Shown: piece by piece, positions 37,226 through 47,810 of the stretch
How positions within the stretch are numbered: the first letter of the stretch is position 1
Layout: every line of letters begins with the position of its first letter
Made by a program: the position numbers and the translations under genes
DNA from: an uncultured Gammaproteobacteria bacterium
GTDB lineage: Bacteria > Patescibacteriota > Microgenomatia > Levybacterales > GWA1-39-11
Length of the DNA stretch: 64,000 bases
Direction: 5' to 3'
Assembly: GCA_964627245.1 (NCBI GenBank)
Contig: CAZVGS010000001.1
Location: forward strand, 89,256-153,255
Notes under the pieces: model-generated
Database searches by the model: none
What the model saw: the letters and a program-made list of their open reading frames with translations, nothing else
What the model was told of the DNA's origin: nothing

Positions 37226-37917
37226 CTCTTTTGTTTTTCTTTAACGGCTTTTTTTATTTCCTTATATGACGTTGCTGCCTCTTTCTCTTTTCTTTTTTGA
37301 AGTCTGTGCTTTATTACTTCAAATATCATCGGTAATAAAGAGACAAAAATAATTAAATAAATTGCATATTCGAAATTATCTTTCACTATTGGCAAATTTC
37401 CAAAGAAATAACCGGCAAAAACAAGACTTGTTACCCACACAAACCCACCAATGATATTGTAACTGAGAAAAACACTGTATTTCATATTCCCTATTCCAGC
37501 CACAAAGGGAGCAAATGTTCTAACAATTGGCACAAACCGTGCAATTATAATAGTTTTACCTCCGTATTTTTCATAAAACTCTTCAGTTTTCTTCAGATAT
37601 TTCCTGTTAAATATCTTTGAATTTTCATTTTTAAAAACTTTAGCACCGAGTTTGTTCCCAAACCAATAATTTGCTGTGTCTCCTAATACAGCCGCTATTA
37701 GCAAAATTACATAGGCAACCCAAATATTTAAGTGTCCTAGCCCAGCAAAAGCACCCACGATAAAAAGAAAAGAGTCTCCGGGTAAAAATGGAGTAACCAC
37801 AAAACCGGTTTCGGCGAATATCACTAGAAAAAGAATTATGTATGTCCAAACTCCAAAAATAGATATGATTTGCGTAAGATAATCACCAAGGTGCAAGAAG
37901 AGATCGATAATTTGCAT
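37222..37917 (-). CDS. DedA/VTT-domain family membrane protein
   Basis: FLPGDSFLFIVGAFAG motif typical of DedA; multi-TM. Confidence 0.75.
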   Translation of the reverse strand: MQIIDLFLHLGDYLTQIISIFGVWTYIILFLVIFAETGFVVTPFLPGDSFLFIVGAFAGLGHLNIWVAYVILLIAAVLGDTANYWFGNKLGAKVFKNENSKIFNRKYLKKTEEFYEKYGGKTIIIARFVPIVRTFAPFVAGIGNMKYSVFLSYNIIGGFVWVTSLVFAGYFFGNLPIVKDNFEYAIYLIIFVSLLPMIFEVIKHRLQKRKEKEAATSYKEIKKAVKEKQKS

Positions 37918-37975
37918 TGTAAAATTTTATCAAGAGTCGCTGGTAAATAGCAATCAGTTAAATTAAAATACAAAA

Positions 37976-38653
37976 ATGCACAACAAAGAAAATTTATACA
38001 TAGTTGCAACGCCGATTGGAAATCTCATGGACATAACTTTACGTGCCTTAGAAATCTTAAAAGAGGTCGGCACAATTGTCTGCGAAGACACTAGGGTGAC
38101 TTCAATACTCCTGAATAAGTACGGAATTAAAAAACCGCTTGTCCCGCTTAATGAATACAACGAAGAACAGACAGTTTATTCCATTCTTGCAAAACTTGAG
38201 ACTGAAAGCGTAGCACTGGTAAGTGATGCCGGAACACCGCTTATATCAGATCCAGGATTTAGACTTGTTTCAATGGCCAAAAAGAAGGGATTTAAGGTAA
38301 TACCAATACCCGGCCCCTCAGCACTTATTGCCTCGCTTAGCGCATCAGCACTTCCTACAGATAAATTTATTTTCTTAGGTTTTTTGCCAAAAACTCCTTC
38401 AAAAGCAGAAAGCGTACTTATGTCAGTCAAGAATCTTGGCATGACTGTTATTATCTACGAATCTCCGCATAGAATTCTTCAGACCTTAAAAGTCATTCAG
38501 GAGATTTTTGGAGACATAGAAATAACACTTGCGAGGGAGCTGACAAAAAAATTTGAAGAGATAAAAAACCTTAAGGTATCTCAACACTTACTAGAGTATG
38601 TATCCAAAAATCCGAAGGGAGAATTTACTATACTTTTTTCCTCCAAACCCTAG
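37976..38653 (+). CDS. rsmI: 16S rRNA (cytidine1402-2'-O)-methyltransferase RsmI-like (tetrapyrrole-methylase fold)
   Basis: LYIVATPIGNLMDITLRALEILKEV...VCEDTR N-terminal signature. Confidence 0.75.
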   Translation: MHNKENLYIVATPIGNLMDITLRALEILKEVGTIVCEDTRVTSILLNKYGIKKPLVPLNEYNEEQTVYSILAKLETESVALVSDAGTPLISDPGFRLVSMAKKKGFKVIPIPGPSALIASLSASALPTDKFIFLGFLPKTPSKAESVLMSVKNLGMTVIIYESPHRILQTLKVIQEIFGDIEITLARELTKKFEEIKNLKVSQHLLEYVSKNPKGEFTILFSSKP

Positions 38654-39915
38654 ACAAATTTTCCCTGAGATAACTCCATAGAGATTGCGGAAAGCCTATT
38701 GTATTTTGCAATTCTTTCACGGGCCGGAGCTCCGAATTTAACATAGTCTGCATCAATTGCCGCCGCAAAATCAACAATAAAATCATCATCTGTTTCCCCG
38801 CTTCTGCCACTTACGATTATCTTTAACTGCTTAAACCTTGCGATTTCGGCAACTGCCAATGCTTCACTTACTGTCCCTATTTGATTTGGCTTTATCACGA
38901 TAGCATTCAAAATATTACTATTAAGTGCTGCCTGAAGTCTATAAGGATTTGTACTAGTCACTTCATCTCCTGAAACCAATACTTTTGAAGAAAATGCAGT
39001 GTACATTTTTTTCCAGCCGTCCCAATCGTCTTCAGCAAATGGATCCTCAAAATAAACCAACGAAAATTCATTCTGTAAATCCTGATAAATTTGTATCAGA
39101 TCATCTTGATCCAATTGACCATTCTTGTCTTTGATAACATATTTTTTGTTGGAAAGAATTGAATTTGCGCCAACATCTAGGCCCAAAAATACGTCTTTAA
39201 GAAATCCGAATTTGGATTGCTCAATAACTGTCTTAAGCATTTTCAAGGCATCCGCATTTGAAGCAAAAGAGGGAGCAAACCCTCCCTCATCCGCTACAAG
39301 AACCGACTGATTATTGTCGATCAAAAATGACCTTGTCTTTTTGTATATCGTAACCCCTATCTCCAATGCTTCGGAAAGCGTATGAGAAGTAGCAGGAATT
39401 ACCAAAAACTCCTGAAAATTTAGTGTATTTTCAGCATGTTTCCCTCCTTCAACGATATTAAACATTGGAGTCGGTATTTTATGCCTTGCGGAAGCTAGCG
39501 ATATAAACTGTCTTATATGAAGAACTAACGGAAGAAGCGAACTTTTTGCAGCTGCTTTGCAAACGGCTTGGGATATTGGAAGGATTGCGTTACTCCCCAA
39601 TTTTACTTTATTCTGTGTTCCATCAAGCTCTATCAATGCCTTGTCGATACTCTGCTGTTCATGCGCCTCCATGCCAACTATTTTAGGAGCAATAATTGTA
39701 TTAATATTATCAATTGCGCGCATAACCCCAAGTCCAAAATATCTTTCCGGATCTGCGTCTCTTAAGGGTTGAGCCTCATATGTTCCCTGGGATGCACCGG
39801 TTGGAACGCTTGAAGAAGCAACAGTCCCGTCATCGAGCGATACTATTGCCTCGACGGTAGGGTTACCTTTTGTATCAAGAATTTCTCTTGCTGTTATTTG
39901 TTCAATTTTTGCCAT
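38650..39915 (-). CDS. eno: enolase
   Basis: MAKIEQITAREILDTKGNPTVEA N-terminus and conserved enolase motifs throughout. Confidence 0.9.
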   Translation of the reverse strand: MAKIEQITAREILDTKGNPTVEAIVSLDDGTVASSSVPTGASQGTYEAQPLRDADPERYFGLGVMRAIDNINTIIAPKIVGMEAHEQQSIDKALIELDGTQNKVKLGSNAILPISQAVCKAAAKSSLLPLVLHIRQFISLASARHKIPTPMFNIVEGGKHAENTLNFQEFLVIPATSHTLSEALEIGVTIYKKTRSFLIDNNQSVLVADEGGFAPSFASNADALKMLKTVIEQSKFGFLKDVFLGLDVGANSILSNKKYVIKDKNGQLDQDDLIQIYQDLQNEFSLVYFEDPFAEDDWDGWKKMYTAFSSKVLVSGDEVTSTNPYRLQAALNSNILNAIVIKPNQIGTVSEALAVAEIARFKQLKIIVSGRSGETDDDFIVDFAAAIDADYVKFGAPARERIAKYNRLSAISMELSQGKFV

Positions 39916-39916
39916 T

Positions 39917-41095
39917 TTATGAAACGAGCATGCTGCCTCTTTTTATCTCTCCGGTTGTAGCGTTTAGACTGACCACGTCCCCTGTTGAGTAAAGCAGAGG
40001 TTTTTTATTTTTTCTTACTAGAGTTGGAATTCCGGCATTTTTCAACACGTCTGCTACTTCGGGCTCGGGTTCCTCACCCAAAACAATTCCCTTTGCCCTC
40101 TTTACTGTTTCGATCATTTTCCTGTCAAGTCTTTGTAAAACAACAATTTCATCACTGAGAATAACTCCTGAATGCTTTACCTCATCGATAACCTTGAGTT
40201 TTCCGACGGTTACCCCAGGATGAACGGTGATGTTCTCGATCAAAGAATTAAATGTATCTTTATAGTCTATCAGGTCACTATTTGCCAAGATTTTTGTTAC
40301 AAAAAAATTGTTCTCAAATTTTTCCCAAAATGCCGTATGGGGGTGATAAAATACCTCTTCTACCTTTTTTGCAGTATCAAGAAGCAATTTTATTTCGGAG
40401 GGCGTTAACGCGTCCTTAATTCCCCCAGGCAGTACTTCGCCTTTTTCAATTTTTCCGGAATGCTTATTGAAAGAAAATTTTACCATCGAATAAGCCTCAA
40501 TTTCATATTCATGCTTAGATAAAATCTTCACATGCCCCGAAAGAGTGTAATTAAACACAGGGAAAATGGCGATAACAACTCTGAACTCATGGTGATTTTG
40601 ATGATGTATTTTGTATGAAGCTAAATTCTTGACCGTAAATAAATCACTCCAGGCCTCTCTTACTTTTTCAACTACTGAAGCGTCCCCCTTCAAATCATTA
40701 AATTCTGCCGCTGAAATAAGTTTCTTTCCTTCATAATAATACGCCTTCAAAGAGATGCTCCTGTCTTCAAATGCCTCAAGTTTTTTATACATAGGCTTGT
40801 ATACTTCTTCAGGAATTTTTGATTTTAGAATAAGCTTTCGTATGTGATTTGAAATTTGCGAAACTGAATCGTGCCTATCGTGGTTGATTGATCCTAAAAG
40901 ATGCTTTATTTGCTCGTTGATATTATTAACTTCCTTAAAATAGATAAAAGAACTTGCAGTAACTACAAGGCGGGGCAAACATTCAATATTATTTCTCAAC
41001 AGTTCTCCAAATCCAGCCAACTCTTCACCGACTTCGTCTTTGTCATTAAATGACAGTTCTTTATCCCACACTACATAATCTCCGGGCAGAAGCAT
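39917..41095 (-). CDS. hypothetical protein with a possible PEP-utilising-enzyme-like (PPDK_N / mobile-domain-like) arrangement
   Basis: Weak resemblance only (GIPTLV...GDVVSLNATTGEIK C-terminal); called by eye. Confidence 0.25.
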   Translation of the reverse strand: MLLPGDYVVWDKELSFNDKDEVGEELAGFGELLRNNIECLPRLVVTASSFIYFKEVNNINEQIKHLLGSINHDRHDSVSQISNHIRKLILKSKIPEEVYKPMYKKLEAFEDRSISLKAYYYEGKKLISAAEFNDLKGDASVVEKVREAWSDLFTVKNLASYKIHHQNHHEFRVVIAIFPVFNYTLSGHVKILSKHEYEIEAYSMVKFSFNKHSGKIEKGEVLPGGIKDALTPSEIKLLLDTAKKVEEVFYHPHTAFWEKFENNFFVTKILANSDLIDYKDTFNSLIENITVHPGVTVGKLKVIDEVKHSGVILSDEIVVLQRLDRKMIETVKRAKGIVLGEEPEPEVADVLKNAGIPTLVRKNKKPLLYSTGDVVSLNATTGEIKRGSMLVS

Positions 41096-41159
41096 ATAGT
41101 TCTATTGTGGAGAATTTACAAGAAAAAAGCAAGAACAGATGAGGCTACATAACAGTGGT

Positions 41160-42092
41160 TTATGTTTGTGATTCAGATCCGGGAACTATGAGATCAAAGG
41201 ACTTCGTATCCGATCCATAAGCCTTAGGACCATAATCGCTAACATAATTTCCAATATTGTCTCTGAAATATTGCGGCTTCGATGCTTGGATTTTTCCTAC
41301 TATATAGTAGGTCATAGCCATCATGCCCGCAAAATTGATGTTCCCGCTTGGGAAAATATCCCAACGGCTCTGGGTTTCCCCAAAGAAGTCATTTTTACTG
41401 CCAATTGAAATTACAAGCTCATCTTTATCTCTTATAACAAATTTTGCATGTCTTGCATGTCCCTGGCTGAAAGCCCTTAAGGACAATTTTGGACCAAATA
41501 ACTCACTTTTTTTAATCTCTAGCATCGGGCAGATAGGCATAAATTTGTCAGGCAATACAAAAGCATATGAACTATAACTGCCGAAATTCTCAGGAAAACC
41601 AAGCGCTAGAACTTCTTCTTTAATCCCAGTAGGGTTTTCTTTTGTTGATGCCATAATCATGCCCATATATGTAGAAGTGTTATATGTGTATGGTTCTGCT
41701 ATTGATTTGAATACGTATACCTTATCCGCAATTTTAGCAGCATCTGACTCTCCTTTTGTAGTTAAGAGAGATGTTGTAAGCCCATGCTTCTTCGCAAGCT
41801 CAATCTCCCAGACCGAATCTTTGCCTCCTGAAGCTGAGATAACAACAGCTTGGGTTATCATTTTGTTTTCAATTGCTTTTTCATAAGAGACAATAATTTT
41901 TTTGAAATTGCTTTCATCGGCAAATATTGCAGAGCTTTCAGAAAAAAGGATAAGTCCGGTATTGTAAGCGTTGCCTGAACCGACAACAAACGGCAAATTA
42001 TAGTCAGACACTTCGAATGGAGGTGGGGTATTACCTGCAAAAAAATCTAGTGCCTTGATTACAACTTCATCTAAATTTAATATATTATCCAT
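41160..42092 (-). CDS. hypothetical protein with an internal PP-loop-like SGGKDS motif
   Basis: ISASGGKDSVWE at about residue 88; otherwise unrecognised. Confidence 0.3.
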   Translation of the reverse strand: MDNILNLDEVVIKALDFFAGNTPPPFEVSDYNLPFVVGSGNAYNTGLILFSESSAIFADESNFKKIIVSYEKAIENKMITQAVVISASGGKDSVWEIELAKKHGLTTSLLTTKGESDAAKIADKVYVFKSIAEPYTYNTSTYMGMIMASTKENPTGIKEEVLALGFPENFGSYSSYAFVLPDKFMPICPMLEIKKSELFGPKLSLRAFSQGHARHAKFVIRDKDELVISIGSKNDFFGETQSRWDIFPSGNINFAGMMAMTYYIVGKIQASKPQYFRDNIGNYVSDYGPKAYGSDTKSFDLIVPGSESQT

Positions 42093-42094
42093 AA

Positions 42095-42934
42095 TTAGTC
42101 ATCCCCCAAATACTTACTTCTCTCAGCCCTTCTTACCTCATCTGTCTGATCACCTCTAGCGTATTTATCGTGAATTCTCCATGTGGTACTTCCATCCTCT
42201 GGTGTCGATACTTCATATACATCCATCTTGGATACCCCTTTATGCCTATGTCTTTGTCCAACTTTAGTAGTATATCCCTTATCATACTCTAACGGAAATT
42301 CAACAAGCTCCCTCTTCTGATTTTCCATAACCATCATGCAGCTGCCGTATGACATATAGTAGCTTTCAACTTTTACTGCGTGCGCCTGGAGTGAAAGCCA
42401 ACCGTCTTGCTCGATATGAAGTATCTTCATTGCTATCGGATCTCCTTCAGATTTTTTAGAGAATATAGGCTCATTACCCCATGGCTTGCTATAATCAACA
42501 GCTACAAATGGTTCGGCGGTAAATTTCCCGCTTTCAACTTTTTGACTTGGATTTTTTTCACTTCCCTCAATAATACGTGTTTTACCTTCTGTCTCAATGC
42601 CGTAGTTTTGCCCTGATTGAATTCTAAAACCGACAGCATATTCCATAGGCAGTCTTTGCATCACTCCATTTGCGTCTTCAAGAATAATTGTTCCTTTCCC
42701 ATCCCGAAGCGTTAGGATGCGGAATCTATCGCTCACATTAACCGGAATACTCCTTCCTTCATCGATTTGAAGTTCCTTTCCTAAATAATTAACGCTTTCA
42801 GGAGTCCAGGTAACGATTTTACCCCATTCAATTGCGTCTTCATGGCGATAGGGATCATTCGTAAAAGTAGAAGGATCATACTCATTCTTGTGATTTTCGT
42901 AGTCGGATAATGATTGCGCGGTCTTAGGATCCAT
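42095..42934 (-). CDS. cupin-domain protein, mannose-6-phosphate-isomerase type II-like (paralogue A)
   Basis: KILHIEQDGWLSLQAHAVKVESYYMSYGSCMMVMEN cupin motif; tandem with a 278-aa paralogue. Confidence 0.5.
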   Translation of the reverse strand: MDPKTAQSLSDYENHKNEYDPSTFTNDPYRHEDAIEWGKIVTWTPESVNYLGKELQIDEGRSIPVNVSDRFRILTLRDGKGTIILEDANGVMQRLPMEYAVGFRIQSGQNYGIETEGKTRIIEGSEKNPSQKVESGKFTAEPFVAVDYSKPWGNEPIFSKKSEGDPIAMKILHIEQDGWLSLQAHAVKVESYYMSYGSCMMVMENQKRELVEFPLEYDKGYTTKVGQRHRHKGVSKMDVYEVSTPEDGSTTWRIHDKYARGDQTDEVRRAERSKYLGDD

Positions 42935-42938
42935 ACCT

Positions 42939-43775
42939 CTAAAAACTCTGCCCTCTCTCTAATTTTCTTTGTTCATCTGTTTCATCCGGTCTTTCATAAT
43001 CATCCTGAACCCTCCATGTCTTGCCGTGCTCGGGTGTACTTACCTCAAAAACAGCACAATCAGTCATTCCCTGCTGTCTATGCCTTTGACCGACCGCAGT
43101 TGTATAACCTTTATCGTACTCCAAATTAAATGTAACCATTTGCCTGTCCGAATTCTCAGCTATCACATCGCACTGCCCATCAAGTATCCAATAGCTCTCT
43201 CTTTTTACTCTATGCGCCTTTTCGGATAGTCTGTCACCGGCGTTTATATGCAAGATCTTTACCATCAAAGGATCATCCTCTTTAGCAAAGTGAAGTTCGT
43301 GTCCCCAGGGTTTTCCTATACGCAAAACGTATTCCTCCGACTGGAAGTGATTGCGGTGCACCTCTCCATCCCAAGCCTCAGACATGGTACCCTCTAAAAT
43401 TCTGCTCACTACATGTGCCTCTATACTAAACCTTTGACCCTTGTGAAGTCTGTACCCAAGACCGGTCTCCATTTGTTCCTCAACAATATTTCCCTGCGGG
43501 TCTTCCATTCGAAGCGTTGCACGGCCGTCACGGAAAACAAGTATTCTAAATCTGTCATTTATCTGCTCGTCCATTTTCCCTCCTTCGTTAAACCTCAACT
43601 CAGAACCAATATACGGAAGCCCTTCGGGAGTAAAAAGATGTCTTTCTCCCCACGGGGCTGTTTCAACTTTTACAAAAGGGGTAACTGAAAAAGTTGAAGG
43701 ATCAAAATACCTTGCAGCATCCTGATAATTCAAGTTGTTAATGTCTATCTCTTCTTTTGTAGAATCCATGTTCAA
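42939..43775 (-). CDS. cupin-domain protein (paralogue B)
   Basis: KILHINAGDRLSEKAHRVKRESYWILDGQCDVIAEN; same architecture and length as the neighbour. Confidence 0.5.
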   Translation of the reverse strand: MNMDSTKEEIDINNLNYQDAARYFDPSTFSVTPFVKVETAPWGERHLFTPEGLPYIGSELRFNEGGKMDEQINDRFRILVFRDGRATLRMEDPQGNIVEEQMETGLGYRLHKGQRFSIEAHVVSRILEGTMSEAWDGEVHRNHFQSEEYVLRIGKPWGHELHFAKEDDPLMVKILHINAGDRLSEKAHRVKRESYWILDGQCDVIAENSDRQMVTFNLEYDKGYTTAVGQRHRQQGMTDCAVFEVSTPEHGKTWRVQDDYERPDETDEQRKLERGQSF

Positions 43776-43851
43776 AATACGTCCACTCTTATCGTTGCAA
43801 GAATATCCTCAATTTTTTTTGGTTAAGAATTTTTCTGATCTCAGCCATGAG

Positions 43852-45234
43852 TTATTTAATAAGTGACTCTATGAGAGCTTTTAATTTATCTCTTTTTGCT
43901 TCCATCTCATTTTTATCAAAAGACTCAACATTTAACCTTAGAAGCGGCTCCGTATTTGACGTTCTGACAGACATTCTCCATGTCGGGTAAGAAATTGCGA
44001 CTCCATCCATTGTTTCAATCTCGCCGTCTGAATATTTCTCCTTCAGTGCATCAAGAATTTCCGGCGCATTTGTAACCTTAAAGTTAAATTCACCCGACTC
44101 AAAACTTCTTCTATTTTCCTCAACTATCTCAGAAAGCGGCCGCGCTTCTTCAGTCATGACCTGTAGAACGGTCAAAATCATAGGCATTTGACTTTCTGCG
44201 TTTCCTGTATTTCTAAAAAAGTAATGGCCTGAGGATTCGCCTGCAAAAATACCACCCGAATCATTCAATCCTTCAGTAATGTAAGCGTGTCCGACTTTGG
44301 TAACCATCATTTTTCCGCCATTCTCCTCAATGATTTTTTTAGGGGTAAGAAGGTACCTAATATCAACCAGTATCTGCTCACCCGGATTTTCCTTAAGAAG
44401 CTCTTTTGCAACTATTGAGGTAATTATTGTAGGAGGAATTATCTGGCCCTTTTCATCTATAAAAAATAGCCTGTCCCCATCCCCATCCGGCGCAAGACCA
44501 AGATCGGCATTTTCTTCTATAACTTTTTTCTGAAGATCAACCAGAGTCTCAGATTGCAACGGATCAGGCTGGTGCGCAGGGAAATTTCCATCTAAATCAA
44601 AGTTCATCTTGACTAAATCTGCATCAACTTTAGAAAAAATTGCGCCTATGTATTGTGCTCCCATAGCATTTGCGGTATCGGCAACAATCTTAAATTTATT
44701 AAAATTCGGATTACCTACAATTTTTAAGGCATTTTCCACTTCCTCCTCTAAGAAACCGTCCTTCTTGTCAACTTTTCCTCCTTCTTTTTCAGGCAAACTC
44801 TCTCCGGAAAGGGCCATCTTCTTTATTTCTTCCAGGCCTTGAGATCTTCCAATTTTCAACAGCCCTTTGGGACTGTTTTTTACGATTTTAATACCGTTCC
44901 ATTCTTTAGGATTGTGTGATGCCGTAACCTGAAAGCCCGCTTCGTATCCATAGTGACTGACACAAAAATAAAAGGTGGGAGTTGAGACAACCCCGATATC
45001 AATCACATGCGCTCCTAAAGAAACTAGTGTTTTAATAGCTGCTTCTGTTAATGACGGTGAGGATGTGCGCATATCCGTACCGACAACCAATTTTAACGGC
45101 TCGTTTTCGTCTTTTCCTTCGTGTAAAAATTTATAAATTGCCTTAACAATCGGAACTATTTTTTCTTCGTCCATCTCGTCCGGATATATTGCGCGGATAT
45201 CGTAACCTTTGAAGATGTGTTCGGGTATATTCAT
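43852..45234 (-). CDS. phosphomannomutase / phosphoglucomutase (alpha-D-phosphohexomutase)
   Basis: Active-site TASHNP; GTDMR and GDGDR(L) metal/sugar loops. Confidence 0.85.
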   Translation of the reverse strand: MNIPEHIFKGYDIRAIYPDEMDEEKIVPIVKAIYKFLHEGKDENEPLKLVVGTDMRTSSPSLTEAAIKTLVSLGAHVIDIGVVSTPTFYFCVSHYGYEAGFQVTASHNPKEWNGIKIVKNSPKGLLKIGRSQGLEEIKKMALSGESLPEKEGGKVDKKDGFLEEEVENALKIVGNPNFNKFKIVADTANAMGAQYIGAIFSKVDADLVKMNFDLDGNFPAHQPDPLQSETLVDLQKKVIEENADLGLAPDGDGDRLFFIDEKGQIIPPTIITSIVAKELLKENPGEQILVDIRYLLTPKKIIEENGGKMMVTKVGHAYITEGLNDSGGIFAGESSGHYFFRNTGNAESQMPMILTVLQVMTEEARPLSEIVEENRRSFESGEFNFKVTNAPEILDALKEKYSDGEIETMDGVAISYPTWRMSVRTSNTEPLLRLNVESFDKNEMEAKRDKLKALIESLIK

Positions 45235-45242
45235 TCGGTAGA

Positions 45243-45920
45243 TTATGTTAACTTTGAAAGTATTAAGATGTCAAGATGCTTTGATAAACTGGTTGGTAAA
45301 GCCCCGGTCTTGAGTTTGATTTCCGTCTGCTTGAGCGCTTCGTAGAATGAAAAGAGACTTTCTTTCTTCCACATCTGAATTTGTCTTTTAAGATTTGATA
45401 GCTGCCATGGGGACATTTTTTCGGTTTCCTCGGTTCTTTCGCCTTTTGAGATCACAACCAGCTGTCTTACTCTTTTAAGTAGTGAATAGAAAACCTGCTC
45501 CGGTGCGTAGCTTTGTAAAAGCTCATGGTAAAGCTTAAAAGATTCTTTTTTACTTCTTGGGGAAAGTGTATCCAAAAATCTAAAATAATAGCTTGGAAGT
45601 AAAAATTCCTCAATTTTTGCGTTCTTAAGGGACGAAAAGCTGGTTTTTAATGCTTTTTTATCCTCCCATAAAATAATTGGAAATGTGGATTTTTCTGTAC
45701 TTAAATAGGAAAGGATTTCTTTTTTTTTCGGATTTTTAGTAATGTTTTCGACAACAACTGCCTTGTTCTCTTCAAAAAGCCCTGATGATAAAATGCTTTC
45801 CTCAAGTTCTTTTAACTGTAAATATTTACCGTCAAAAGTATTTGTGATCAATCCTTCACAAAGCGCAATCAAACGTTTGCGTGAGCTGGTTGTGTCGTCT
45901 CCATGCAGTATATAAATCAT
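45243..45920 (-). CDS. holA: DNA polymerase III delta-subunit-like protein
   Basis: N-terminal YILHGDD pattern and overall helical C-terminus; short (225 aa). Confidence 0.4.
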   Translation of the reverse strand: MIYILHGDDTTSSRKRLIALCEGLITNTFDGKYLQLKELEESILSSGLFEENKAVVVENITKNPKKKEILSYLSTEKSTFPIILWEDKKALKTSFSSLKNAKIEEFLLPSYYFRFLDTLSPRSKKESFKLYHELLQSYAPEQVFYSLLKRVRQLVVISKGERTEETEKMSPWQLSNLKRQIQMWKKESLFSFYEALKQTEIKLKTGALPTSLSKHLDILILSKLT

Positions 45921-46360
45921 AATTTTGCCGAATTTTTATATCTATCAAACAATGTATTAACCTCCCTGTCAATTCTTGTGTTTCCGTACTTATGGGGAAG
46001 AAGACTCCCGGAAAAGTTTTTCGGTATGTGTAAAAGCTCATGAATAATAACTTTTTTTCTGTCTTCATGATTTAGCCTGTCAAATTTTTCAGATATTATT
46101 TCCATGACATAAGCGGGATCTATCTCAAGCGCTGTCTGGAAGATCTTTGGAAATGACCAGATCCTGGCGTAAGCCCGGGCTTTTGAACCGGTAGTCCTGT
46201 AGCAAAAAACCCTCTTTGAATCTATATGAGACATATCAAGAGCGTCTATTATTTCTTCCATCTCCTTTTGAATTGCATGATCAACCTCCCATTCGAGCTT
46301 AACCGTTTTTTTTCTTTTAATAACTTTCTTTTTGGGTTTTGATGTAAAGAAAAATGTCAT
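45917..46360 (-). CDS. putative zinc metallopeptidase (HExxH)
   Basis: VIIHELLHI motif; 147 aa; ATGA overlap with the downstream gene. Confidence 0.4.
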   Translation of the reverse strand: MTFFFTSKPKKKVIKRKKTVKLEWEVDHAIQKEMEEIIDALDMSHIDSKRVFCYRTTGSKARAYARIWSFPKIFQTALEIDPAYVMEIISEKFDRLNHEDRKKVIIHELLHIPKNFSGSLLPHKYGNTRIDREVNTLFDRYKNSAKL

Positions 46361-46361
46361 C

Positions 46362-47507
46362 TTAAAAGAACAGCTTAACGAATTCTACTACAACAATTTT
46401 TGATATGTCAGTATCATTCCTATTGCTTTCGAGTAATTTCCTAAATTCTGATATCTTTTCAACGGCTGCCCCTTTAACGGCCTCAAGAAGAGGCTGGCCT
46501 TTCTTCTTTTCCATCTTTTGACTTTGTTCATAATATTTTGTCTGCCTGCCATCCTTCACAAATGAAAATGTGTCAAACACTCCTCCCTGGGAACTCAAAA
46601 GAAAAGGGGTAATTGCAACGATTTTGTCACTGTCGTTATTCCAAAAATTCTCATAAGCAATTTTATAGTAATTGGCTATTAGACTTTCAGGGAGCTTGGT
46701 GCTGTCCCATCCGGTCTCCGTAATAAAGGCGGGTTTTTTACCATTTGTGTGCGAGTTTATGAGGTTGTATTCGAATTGATACGTTGTTATTCCGACTGGC
46801 TTATTTTTTAAGGGAGGCGCTACAAACCCGGGATTAGGATATGAATGAGAAGCAAAACCGTCAATTTTGTTAAAAATTTCCGGATTATACTCAACCATTT
46901 CTTCCAGAAAAACCATATTATCCATATACTTCACCCTGTCATTTGGCGACGCATTATCAAGCCCCGCCATGATCATGTAGAAATTTGTATTTCTATTTTT
47001 AAATATCTCTACTGCATAAGAAAGGATGTCAGCATATTCTTTCGGATTTGGAGGCTCACCGGACCATTCATCAAACCTGTTTACTTCGTTGAAAAGTATC
47101 ACATACCTATTCTCAACCGGCCACGAAAGACTATCTAAAAAATTGGCAAAGTCCAAAACATCAAGCGTTGTGGGCTTAGACCAAACCGAGGTATTTTGAT
47201 AATCCGCTTGAGTTGCAAGCCTAATAATCGGTATCAACTTATAAGTCTTACAATCGTTCATGAATTTTTGCCATTTCTCAAGATCTTTGTCTCCTGCCTG
47301 AATGGGAATCGTTACATAACCCCATTCGCCTGTTTTGGAATTAACAAGATTTGCGGCATCAGAAAGCTCGGAAGGAAATAAAATGTGAATGCCGTGGAAA
47401 TTATTCGGACGCGACAAAGGATCAAAAAAAGCTCTTGAGTAATTCTTAGGGTAAAAAAGAAAAAGAATTAGTAAAAATAACCATACAAAAAAAACTATTT
47501 TTCTCAT
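46362..47507 (-). CDS. secreted glycoside-hydrolase-like (clan GH-A/TIM-barrel-like) protein
   Basis: Signal peptide; ILFNEVNRFDEW (NE acid/base-like) and AFITETGW (ETG nucleophile-like) motifs. Confidence 0.4.
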   Translation of the reverse strand: MRKIVFFVWLFLLILFLFYPKNYSRAFFDPLSRPNNFHGIHILFPSELSDAANLVNSKTGEWGYVTIPIQAGDKDLEKWQKFMNDCKTYKLIPIIRLATQADYQNTSVWSKPTTLDVLDFANFLDSLSWPVENRYVILFNEVNRFDEWSGEPPNPKEYADILSYAVEIFKNRNTNFYMIMAGLDNASPNDRVKYMDNMVFLEEMVEYNPEIFNKIDGFASHSYPNPGFVAPPLKNKPVGITTYQFEYNLINSHTNGKKPAFITETGWDSTKLPESLIANYYKIAYENFWNNDSDKIVAITPFLLSSQGGVFDTFSFVKDGRQTKYYEQSQKMEKKKGQPLLEAVKGAAVEKISEFRKLLESNRNDTDISKIVVVEFVKLFF

Positions 47508-47549
47508 CGTGAATAATCATAAAGGAATTGAGGCTTGAGGTCAAACGTA

Positions 47550-47810
47550 TTAGCTTTTTTTCCTTGAGCTTTTTTCAGGTAAAAACCAAAGGATAACTCC
47601 GCCGACAGCAAAAAGTGCGCCGGTCAACTGACTTCCTTCTGAGGTAAATTGCTGAAATTGGGGGTAAAAATAAATGATAACTCCAACTACTACTAAAATT
47701 AGGGCAAGATTGCGCTTGTTCATATCCCATTTAGCGTACCACCTTTCAAAAAAAATTGTCAATAGGTAAAAAAAGATAAAGTATAATACAGTATGAAATT
47801 TTCTTGGCAA
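47550..47810 (-). CDS. small membrane protein (2-3 TM)
   Basis: Hydrophobic helices only; overlaps the dus start by 18 nt on the opposite strand. Confidence 0.35.
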   Translation of the reverse strand: MPRKFHTVLYFIFFYLLTIFFERWYAKWDMNKRNLALILVVVGVIIYFYPQFQQFTSEGSQLTGALFAVGGVILWFLPEKSSRKKS

